A DNA stretch of 7,694 bases, the filler included, from a bacterium (GTDB taxonomy: Bacteria; JALSQH01): assembly GCA_027004335.1 (NCBI GenBank). It is 2 parts of 2 records of this genome, joined end to end, with 100 filler letters (N's around TTAATTAATTAA, not from the genome) between each part and the next. Parts side by side here need not be neighbours in the genome. Positions count along the whole stretch, not along the records: positions 1 to 5,773 come from JALTID010000260.1; 1 more part is not named here. One strand, written 5' to 3'. Position 1 is the first letter of the stretch, and every line of letters begins with the position of its first letter. The notes beneath the pieces are model-generated. The model had not been told where the DNA came from. It made no database searches and worked only from the letters and a program-made list of their open reading frames with translations. The translations under genes were made by a program, and so were the position numbers. Below, piece by piece: positions 1-5,873 of this stretch.

Positions 1-2
1 TT

Positions 3-524
3 GCTTTGACTTTTCTTGCTCCTGCATTTTACCACTATCTGGGGGGGAAAAGCCCGCCAGATTTCGGCTATTTTCACAAGATAATCCAGGAAAAAATGAG
101 AATGACACCTATGGACTTTCTTCAGGAGAATATATGGAATGTGAAGAACTGCGAACTCAAGGATATGTTTTATATGCTTAGATATGGTCTTGATAATATC
201 TCGCCAAGACTGATCTATCAGCTTTATTTGTGGTTGAGAACAGGAAAGTTCAATGAATTGTGTGATGCCCCAGGATGCAACCCATATGACTATGAAAAAC
301 AAATAATGAGAATAAAACTCCCTGTACTTCTAATTGCGGGCTCCCTTGACAAGCTGGCAAATAAAGATAATATTAAAATGAGGGTATTTGATAAGATAGG
401 AAGTAAAGATAAGACATTTAAGATTTTTAAAGGCTTTGGTCATGTTGATTTATGCAGAGGGAGAAAAGTGGGTAAAGTTGATACATATATCTATAATTGG
501 GTGAAAAGGCATGGAAATCAGTAA
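3..524 (+). CDS. Alpha/beta-fold hydrolase (lipase/esterase/PhaC-like), C-terminal part; 5'-truncated at the window edge
   Basis: Frame is open from base 3 (A-L-T-F-L-A-P-A resembles the strand following the nucleophile helix), so TTG at 6 is probably not the real start. C-terminal triad motifs are present: LPVLLIAGSLDKLA (catalytic Asp) and GFGHVDL (catalytic His), then a terminal IYNWV helix. The nucleophile motif lies outside the window. Confidence 0.8.
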   Translation, partial: ALTFLAPAFYHYLGGKSPPDFGYFHKIIQEKMRMTPMDFLQENIWNVKNCELKDMFYMLRYGLDNISPRLIYQLYLWLRTGKFNELCDAPGCNPYDYEKQIMRIKLPVLLIAGSLDKLANKDNIKMRVFDKIGSKDKTFKIFKGFGHVDLCRGRKVGKVDTYIYNWVKRHGNQ

Positions 525-1524
525 AAAACCACCTGAAGAAGAAGCAAAAATAAAAAAGTTAGGTGAATTTTTAGTTAAGAAAAACATGATAACAAAAGAG
601 CAGCTTGTAGTGGCTCTCAGTTACTGGGGAAAGGAGGATAAACCATTTGCTGAGGTGCTCTACAATATGAACCTATTAGACGAAGAGGATATGTTAAAAA
701 TCCTCTCAATGGAAAAAAACACCGAGTATTTCCCCACAGATTATCTCTTAAAATTAGATATCCCTGCAGAGGCATTAACCTTTATTCCAGTTGATTTTGC
801 AGAGAAATATGCCGTGATTCCAATAGATTATGATATAGAAAACGATACTCTGCTAATAGCTGTGGCATATGGACATGATCTTGAAAAGATAAAAAAAATA
901 GTCAAAGAAAAAACAGGTGTATCAAGACTGGAAATTGTTTTAACCTTTGAATACACAGTTTACCAGCTTATCCAGCGGACATACCCCAAGCACACAGGAG
1001 AAGATGTGGTAAGTTTAGAAACAGAGGGAGATGTTTACCTCGGGCCTGAATCTGACGAGGAGGCATTTCCTGGTATATATCATACAGGTAGTGTAGATGA
1101 GGTCTTCTTTTCCAATGAGGATACCTCTGATGTGATAGAGATTTCTGCTGACTCTATAGGTAGCTTAGATATTGAAGATAATGAGAAAAAGGAGAATGCT
1201 ACACTTCAAGGTCAATTAGCTGATCTACCTCTCCCAGATATGCTTCAACTTCTGGGGCAAAACAGGAAAACCTGTAGAATTATTCTATTTCATGAGGGAG
1301 AGGTGGGGGAAATTGATATGGAAGAGGGGGAAGTTGTTTATGTCAAGTATGGGGAAAAAGAGGGAGAAAGTGCTTTCTATGAGTTAGTGGGCTGGGAGGA
1401 GGGATACTTTGAAATTACTCCAAATGTGAAACCACGGAAGAGAATAATAGCAAGAACTCTTGAAAACTTACTATTAGATAGCATAAGAATCCTGGACGAA
1501 AGGAGAAGAAACAAAGGCTTCTAA
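511..1524 (+). CDS. MshEN/T2SS-E N-terminal (GspE_N/PilB-N-like) domain + acidic linker + C-terminal DUF4388 (PatA_N-like) domain protein
   Basis: aa16-68 form a 24+5+24 MshEN-like tandem (KLGEFLVKKNMITKEQLVVALSYW-GKEDK-PFAEVLYNMNLLDEEDMLKILSME). This is followed by T2SSE_N-type 'ALTFIPVDFAEKYAVIPI...LLIAVA'. aa~160-230 are D/E/S-rich. From aa232, LQGQLADLPLPDMLQLLGQNRKT...GEI...GEVV...GESAFYELVGWEEGYFE...LENLLLDSIRILDE is the DUF4388 pattern. Overlaps the upstream CDS by 14 nt. Confidence 0.85.
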   Translation: MEISKKPPEEEAKIKKLGEFLVKKNMITKEQLVVALSYWGKEDKPFAEVLYNMNLLDEEDMLKILSMEKNTEYFPTDYLLKLDIPAEALTFIPVDFAEKYAVIPIDYDIENDTLLIAVAYGHDLEKIKKIVKEKTGVSRLEIVLTFEYTVYQLIQRTYPKHTGEDVVSLETEGDVYLGPESDEEAFPGIYHTGSVDEVFFSNEDTSDVIEISADSIGSLDIEDNEKKENATLQGQLADLPLPDMLQLLGQNRKTCRIILFHEGEVGEIDMEEGEVVYVKYGEKEGESAFYELVGWEEGYFEITPNVKPRKRIIARTLENLLLDSIRILDERRRNKGF

Positions 1525-1576
1525 TTCTGTTTCAGGATGATGAAATTTACTAATAATAGCATATAATACTATAGAG

Positions 1577-2956
1577 CTAGTTGTTGTTGNNNNNNNNNNT
1601 TCTTTTTCTCTCTGCATAGCCAGGGATGAATCTCTGTTTTGTCCTTGTTAAACTTAGATTTCCAGCAGGTACATTCTTTGTGATAGTGGAACCTGCTCCG
1701 ATGTAAACATCATCTTCAAGAGTAATGGGGGCAACAAGCTGGGTGTCGCTTCCCACAAAAACCCTGTTTCCGATTTTTGTTTTGTATTTGAAAAAACCGT
1801 CATAATTGCAGGTAATTGTTCCAGCACCAATATTCACATCCTCACCCAATTCTGCATCTCCAATATATGAGAGATGATTTACCTTTGTTCCTCTCCCAAT
1901 CTCGGCTTTTTTGGTTTCTACAAAATTCCCAATCCTCACATTCTCCGCCAGTACACTGCCAGGTCTGAGATGAGCCATAGGGCCTATTATGGAACCATCT
2001 CCTATAACAGCTTCCTCAATATATGAATTATCCTTTATCCAGACATTCTTACCAATCTTACTGTTCACAATTCTTACTCCACTCTGAATAACACAATTTT
2101 CATCAATTTTACTTTTACCCGTGATATATACGCCGGAGAAGATCTCGCAATCTTTTCCAATCTTCACCTCTGGTTCAATATACACACTTTCGGGGAAATG
2201 AATTGTTACACCATTCTCCAGCCAGTAATTAACGATTCTTTCAAGCCAGATTTTTTCAATCTCCACAAGTTGTTTTCTACTGTTAACTCCCAGAAATAGA
2301 GTGGGATCTTCAACAGTGATTACTTTTACGATCTTCTTATCTTTTCTGGCAAACTTGATTATATCTGTGAGATAAAATTCTCCCTGAGCATTGTTATTGT
2401 CCAGCCTGTCAATATACTCCGATAGCAGGGAATTCCTGATTAAATAGACACCAGTATTTATCTCTTTAATTTTCTTTTCTTCTTCGGTGGTATCTTTTTC
2501 TTCCACAATTCTGGAAATATTTCCCTCGTTATCTCTCACAATTCTTCCATAGCCATAGGGATCATCCAGAAAAGTGGTTACTATAAAAAGATCACCTTCT
2601 CCGGCGGAGGTGTAAATTTTTTTGAGGGTTTCTCCGCTTAGAAGCGGTGTATCACCGGGGGTAATCAGAGAAAATCCATCTTTTTTAACAAAATCTAGGG
2701 CCTTTTTAACAGCATCTCCAGTACCCATGGGTTTCTCCTGGATTACAATGTTCACATCTGAGAAGTTTTCTTTAACAAAATCCTGTAACTTCTCAATAGG
2801 AGAAACAACCACCGTAATCTTTTCTATATCTGCGGAGATAAAAGCCTCAATGACCCTCTGCAAAATGGGCTTTCCTAAAATTCTGTGAAGGACTTTGGGA
2901 AGGGAAGATTTCATTCTTTTCCCCTCCCCTGCTGCTAAAATTATTCCCTCAACCAT
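1577..2956 (-). CDS. glmU: Bifunctional UDP-N-acetylglucosamine pyrophosphorylase / glucosamine-1-phosphate N-acetyltransferase GlmU (last few codons cross an N gap)
   Basis: Motifs ILAAGEGKRMKSSLPKVLH, QEKPMGTGDAV, GDTPLL, PYGYGRIVR, IVEEKD, EINTGVY, NAQGEFYLTD and GVNSR, then hexapeptide repeats with GPMAHLRP, GNFVETK, HLSYIGDA and NIGAGTITCNYDG. Purine-rich RBS AAGGAAGG upstream of the ATG. Secure sequence ends at 1600 (…YAERKR); the stop at 1577 depends on the true gap length. Confidence 0.97.
   Translation of the reverse strand: MVEGIILAAGEGKRMKSSLPKVLHRILGKPILQRVIEAFISADIEKITVVVSPIEKLQDFVKENFSDVNIVIQEKPMGTGDAVKKALDFVKKDGFSLITPGDTPLLSGETLKKIYTSAGEGDLFIVTTFLDDPYGYGRIVRDNEGNISRIVEEKDTTEEEKKIKEINTGVYLIRNSLLSEYIDRLDNNNAQGEFYLTDIIKFARKDKKIVKVITVEDPTLFLGVNSRKQLVEIEKIWLERIVNYWLENGVTIHFPESVYIEPEVKIGKDCEIFSGVYITGKSKIDENCVIQSGVRIVNSKIGKNVWIKDNSYIEEAVIGDGSIIGPMAHLRPGSVLAENVRIGNFVETKKAEIGRGTKVNHLSYIGDAELGEDVNIGAGTITCNYDGFFKYKTKIGNRVFVGSDTQLVAPITLEDDVYIGAGSTITKNVPAGNLSLTRTKQRFIPGYAERKRXXXXNNN
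1590..1599. other. Assembly gap (10 N)
   Basis: Run of 10 N; true length unknown. Confidence 0.99.
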
Positions 2957-2983
2957 TTCTTTCCTTCCTTTCTTTTTGGGGAA

Positions 2984-3012
2984 ATGATAGCACAGTTTAA
3001 ATTTCTAATCAA
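2984..3012 (-). promoter_or_regulatory. Putative sigma70 promoter of glmU (extended -10)
   Basis: Minus strand reads TTGATT (3012-3007), 17 nt, TATCAT (2989-2984), with a TGn extension (TGC-TATCAT). The -10 box ends 27 nt upstream of the glmU ATG. Confidence 0.6.
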
Positions 3013-4789
3013 AATCAGAATACATCTCATCAATTACAGATTTGTACTTCTGCTGTACTACAGATCTCTTGACCTTAAGGGTAGGAGTGATTTCCCCTTC
3101 ATCAATAGAAAAATCTCTGTCCAGGATTTTGAAATCCTTTATTGTTTCAAAAGATGCAAGGGTTGAATTTACATCTTTGATATGCTCTCTGATGATTCTG
3201 TCAATTCCTAATTTTTCTCTAACAGTTTTTAAATTACACCCATCAATTTTCTTCTCTTTTGCCATTTCTATCAATTCATCTTCATCAACAGTTATAAGAG
3301 CTGTAAGGTACTTTCTGTTATCTCCCACAACCACAGCGTTACTTATAAAAGTGAGCTGCTTGATCTTATCTTCTATGGGAGCTGGAGAAATATTTTTCCC
3401 TCCAGAAGTGACAACTAAATCCTTTTTTCTTCCTGTGATTACAAGGTAGCCATTCTCATCTAAATATCCAAGATCCCCTGTATGAAACCACCCATCTTTA
3501 TCAATTACCTCTTGTGTGGCAGAGGGGTTTTTATAGTAACCCTTGAAGAGATTGGGGCCCCTGTACAAAATTTCTCCATCTTCTGCTATCCTGACCTCTC
3601 CCCCTGGAAAAACTCTGTTAACTGTCCCATATCTCACATTCTCCTCTGTTCCGTATGAAACAGGAGCACTTACTTCGGTTAAACCGTAAATTTCCAGAAC
3701 CGGGATACCTATTCCGTAGAAAAATTCACCTATCTCCTTTCTCAGGGGAGCACCTCCACAAAGAATCATTCTCAATCTCCCCCCCAAATTATCTTTAATT
3801 TTTGAAAAAACCAATCTATTCGCCAATCTCCATCTTATCATAAGGGATACAGGAATCTTTTTTGCAATAACTTTTGACCGATAGTACTCTCTTCCTGTTC
3901 TTTCAGCCCATCTAAAGATCATCTGAGCTATAACAGGAGTATCTTCCACCGCCATCTTGATCCTTGAATATATCTTCTCAAGAATTCTTGGCACTGCCAC
4001 AATTATTGTTGGCTTTACCTCTACCAGATTATCTGGAAATTTTTCCAGGGATTCAGCAAAATAGCCGGGGACCGAATTATAAAGAGCTGCATAATCCGCT
4101 ATTCTCTGGGCGACATGAGCAAGAGGGAGATATGAAAGTCCTGTATCGTAAGAATAAAGAGGGGCCAATTTTGAGGATGTTTCAAGAACATATAGAGTGT
4201 TACGATGTGTGAGCATTACACCTTTTGGGGTCCCCGTGGTTCCTGAAGTATAAACCACGGTGTAGATATCCTCTGGAGTTATTTTCTCAAAAAGGGACCA
4301 TACTTTACTTTCCACCTCTTTATGCGCTTCACCTCTCTTTATAAGATCATCAACACTCATTAGAAGCTGATTCTTTTCCCATTTTTCAGGTACAAAAACC
4401 TTTTTTAGTCCCAATTCCTTAATAAAATGCTTTATCTTATTCCATCTTTCTCTGGTATCAACAAAGAGGAATTTACTTTCGGTGTGCTGGATTACATATT
4501 TAGCCTGCTCCCCGGTGGAATTCATATAGATGGGGGTTGAAATCCCTCTGAGCCATTGAAAAGCAAAATCAAAGTAGAACCATTCAGCTCTATTATATGA
4601 ATAAATGGTCCCGATCTCCTTTTCTCTAAAACCAAGATAATAGAGACCGCTGGCTATCTTAACAATTGTCTCCAGAAATTCCTCCCATGTAACGGGGATC
4701 CACTTACCTTCCTTTTTGTAGTAAAAGATAATTCCCCCTGGATGGGATTCAGCTCTATCTTTTATCATTGAAGGAAGATTTTTCTCCAT
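3005..4789 (-). CDS. fadD: Long-chain-fatty-acid--CoA ligase (AMP-dependent synthetase, FadD15/FAA1-like)
   Basis: AMP-binding motif YTSGTTGTPKGVMLTH, plus LSYLPLAHV, VPRILEK, CGGAPL, YGLTE, GWFHTGDLG, ITGRKKD, GGKNISP and GEITPTLK. 594 aa. G-rich RBS (AAGGGGG) upstream of the ATG. Confidence 0.93.
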   Translation of the reverse strand: MEKNLPSMIKDRAESHPGGIIFYYKKEGKWIPVTWEEFLETIVKIASGLYYLGFREKEIGTIYSYNRAEWFYFDFAFQWLRGISTPIYMNSTGEQAKYVIQHTESKFLFVDTRERWNKIKHFIKELGLKKVFVPEKWEKNQLLMSVDDLIKRGEAHKEVESKVWSLFEKITPEDIYTVVYTSGTTGTPKGVMLTHRNTLYVLETSSKLAPLYSYDTGLSYLPLAHVAQRIADYAALYNSVPGYFAESLEKFPDNLVEVKPTIIVAVPRILEKIYSRIKMAVEDTPVIAQMIFRWAERTGREYYRSKVIAKKIPVSLMIRWRLANRLVFSKIKDNLGGRLRMILCGGAPLRKEIGEFFYGIGIPVLEIYGLTEVSAPVSYGTEENVRYGTVNRVFPGGEVRIAEDGEILYRGPNLFKGYYKNPSATQEVIDKDGWFHTGDLGYLDENGYLVITGRKKDLVVTSGGKNISPAPIEDKIKQLTFISNAVVVGDNRKYLTALITVDEDELIEMAKEKKIDGCNLKTVREKLGIDRIIREHIKDVNSTLASFETIKDFKILDRDFSIDEGEITPTLKVKRSVVQQKYKSVIDEMYSDFD

Positions 4790-4813
4790 TTTATGTCCCC
4801 CTTTACAGTAGGA

Positions 4814-4842
4814 ATTTTAATCCCTAATTCTACCTGCGTCAA
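4814..4842 (-). promoter_or_regulatory. Putative sigma70 promoter of the acyl-CoA ligase gene
   Basis: Minus strand reads TTGACG (4842-4837), 17 nt, TAAAAT (4819-4814); both boxes match consensus 5/6. The -10 box ends 24 nt upstream of the ATG at 4789. Confidence 0.7.
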
Positions 4843-4859
4843 ATAGGTTATCTTGCCCC

Positions 4860-4991
4860 TTTTTTCTTCAAACAATTTTGATAAACTGTACTTGGTCATG
4901 GGGGCTACCTCCCGTCAGATTTGATTTTTTAATTCAGCCTACAGGAGGTAGCTCTTTTTGCAACACTTACACAAAATTAGTATACCCTACC
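4860..4991 (-). mobile_element. Probable decayed left end of an IS256-family element (TIR, promoter, RBS-sequestering hairpin, start of a truncated transposase); inner boundary approximate
   Basis: Minus strand from 4991 reads GGTAGGGTATACTAATTTTGTGTAAGT, which resembles the GG/GA…TTTTGTGTAA terminal repeats of IS256-family elements. It is followed by TTGCAA-16-TAGGCT, a 12-bp stem GCTACCTCCTGT/ACGGGAGGTAGC, and GGAGGT-7nt-ATG at 4899. No transposase body or partner TIR is seen. Confidence 0.6.
4904..4952. repeat. 12-bp inverted repeat (stem-loop, 25-nt loop) containing an SD/anti-SD pair
   Basis: gctacctcccgt (4904-4915) vs acaggaggtagc (4941-4952): 11/12 Watson-Crick, and the odd pair is G-U in minus-strand RNA. 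On the + strand it extends by G-U pairs and is followed by TTTTT. Confidence 0.9.
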
Positions 4992-5020
4992 AAAGATTTT
5001 AATTTTTCTGGATTTCACTG

Positions 5021-5035
5021 TATAATTACAGCATG
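5021..5035 (+). promoter_or_regulatory. Perfect -10 box directly before the PAP2 start codon (putative leaderless promoter)
   Basis: TATAAT (5021-5026), tacagc, ATG (5033). No SD; only a weak -35 (TTTAAT 4998-5003). Confidence 0.5.
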
Positions 5036-5566
5036 AATTCTGTGCTTGCTCCAGTTCTTAACTTTGACCATTATGTAAATCACTGGGCGACTGCCATCAG
5101 GACCCCATTCTTGAATAAGTTGATGTACTGGGCGACTTTCACCGGAAGATTTGAGCCCATGCTGATCCTTTCTATTATTCTCTTTTTTATTCTTGTACTT
5201 ATGAAAAAAAAAGATATGATAGTTCCCTTTCTAGTTGCTATGCCTGGTGGTTACGGGGTTATGTCACTTATAAAGTATCTGTTCAGTAGAGCGAGACCCT
5301 CCAATGCTGTTTTTCATGTGAATAGTTTCAGTTTTCCCAGCGGTCATGCAATGATGTCAACCATTTTCTTTTTGTTTATTCTGATCGTATTTTATAACGA
5401 TATAAAAAAACTTGTTTTGAGAATTTTATTTTTAGTAATCGTGATCGGGACACCTTTGCTGATTTCTTTCAGTAGAATTTACTTTAATGTGCATTGGGCG
5501 AGCGATGTTATAGGTGGCATTATACTTGGAATGATCTGGTTATCACTATCTTTTGAAGTAAAATAA
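5033..5566 (+). CDS. PAP2-family membrane phosphatase (undecaprenyl-diphosphate/phospholipid phosphatase-like)
   Basis: All three PAP2 motifs are present: C1 KYLFSRARP, C2 FPSGH, C3 SRIYFNVHWASD. Several hydrophobic transmembrane segments. Confidence 0.92.
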   Translation: MNSVLAPVLNFDHYVNHWATAIRTPFLNKLMYWATFTGRFEPMLILSIILFFILVLMKKKDMIVPFLVAMPGGYGVMSLIKYLFSRARPSNAVFHVNSFSFPSGHAMMSTIFFLFILIVFYNDIKKLVLRILFLVIVIGTPLLISFSRIYFNVHWASDVIGGIILGMIWLSLSFEVK

Positions 5567-5628
5567 AGGGGTTACATTTTCAATTGCCATATTCTGGCAT
5601 AAAATCTCATAAAATTTTTCCCAGGGTA

Positions 5629-5657
5629 TTGACAAATAGCGATTTTTGTATTATAAG
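5629..5657 (+). promoter_or_regulatory. Putative sigma70 promoter of the HU gene
   Basis: Perfect TTGACA (5629-5634), 17 nt, TATAAG (5652-5657). AT-rich upstream tract. Strong SD GGGAGGTG at 5675-5682. Confidence 0.65.
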
Positions 5658-5687
5658 TTTAAAAAACACACATTGGGAGGTGTAAAG

Positions 5688-5773
5688 ATGACCAAAGCAG
5701 AATTTATTGCTAAAGTGCAAAGCAGCGTTGAAGCTGATCTGAAGAAGAAAACGGTAACTGAAGTGGTGGAAGT
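5688..5773 (+). CDS. hup: HU/IHF-family DNA-binding protein, N-terminal fragment (3'-truncated by the spacer); absent from the ORF track
   Basis: GGGAGGTG SD, then ATG at 5688 translating as MTKAEFIAKVQSSVEADLKKKTVTEVVE. This matches the HU helix1-turn-helix2 pattern (M-T/N-K-x-E-L/F-I…L-x-K-K…V-D/E). Only 28 complete codons are visible. Confidence 0.8.
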
Positions 5774-5873
5774 NNNNNNNNNNNNNNNNNNNNNNNNNNN
5801 NNNNNNNNNNNNNNNNNTTAATTAATTAANNNNNNNNNNNNNNNNNNNNNNNNNNNNNNNNNNNNNNNNNNNN
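5774..5873. other. Artificial 100-nt contig-joining spacer with a six-frame stop cassette
   Basis: Exactly 44 N + TTAATTAATTAA (5818-5829, palindromic, TAA in all six frames) + 44 N. The CDSs on both sides are cut off at it. Confidence 0.95.

Noticed and set aside
41..47. G7 tract (also C7 at 3779-3785 and A9 at 5204-5212) as phase-variation sites
   Set aside because: Tracts are short, the frames are intact, and they are explained by Gly/Lys codons.
1551..1599. AT-rich stretch followed by GTTG… as a CRISPR leader and first repeat
   Set aside because: No repeat unit is visible beyond (GTT)3, there are no cas genes, and the leader would be too short.
2622..2888. 88-aa + strand ORF
   Set aside because: Antisense shadow of glmU; no RBS or recognisable motif.
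2984..3449. + strand ORFs 2984-3166 and 3042-3449
   Set aside because: Antisense shadows of the acyl-CoA ligase 3' end; no motifs, and the longer one has the S/I/L/F-rich composition typical of non-coding frames.
3964..4212. 82-aa + strand ORF
   Set aside because: Entirely antisense within the acyl-CoA ligase; no supporting signals.
4900..4959. Hairpin plus TTTTT as a + strand intrinsic terminator
   Set aside because: No + strand gene ends upstream, and the 25-nt loop is long. The SD/anti-SD content with an ATG at correct spacing on the minus strand explains it better, although incidental termination is not excluded.
4874..4978. AATTTTG (4874-4880) / CAAAATT (4972-4978) as paired TIRs of a MITE
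   Set aside because: Only 7 bp of AT-rich match, the outer TIR portion is absent on the left, and no target-site duplication is seen.
5082..5137. 11-bp direct repeat ACTGGGCGACT (5082-5092, 5127-5137)
   Set aside because: Two in-frame copies encoding W-A-T inside the PAP2 CDS; no array, so not CRISPR-like.
5585..5610. TGCCA-N5-TGGCA inverted repeat, or a sigma54 promoter (TGGCAT) upstream of HU
   Set aside because: Only 5-bp arms and no TGC at the -12 position on either strand; too weak to call as a terminator or operator.
5818..5829. Perfect palindrome TTAATTAATTAA as an operator or recombination site, or as the rfbD stop
   Set aside because: Centred in a symmetric N spacer; assembly linker, not biological.
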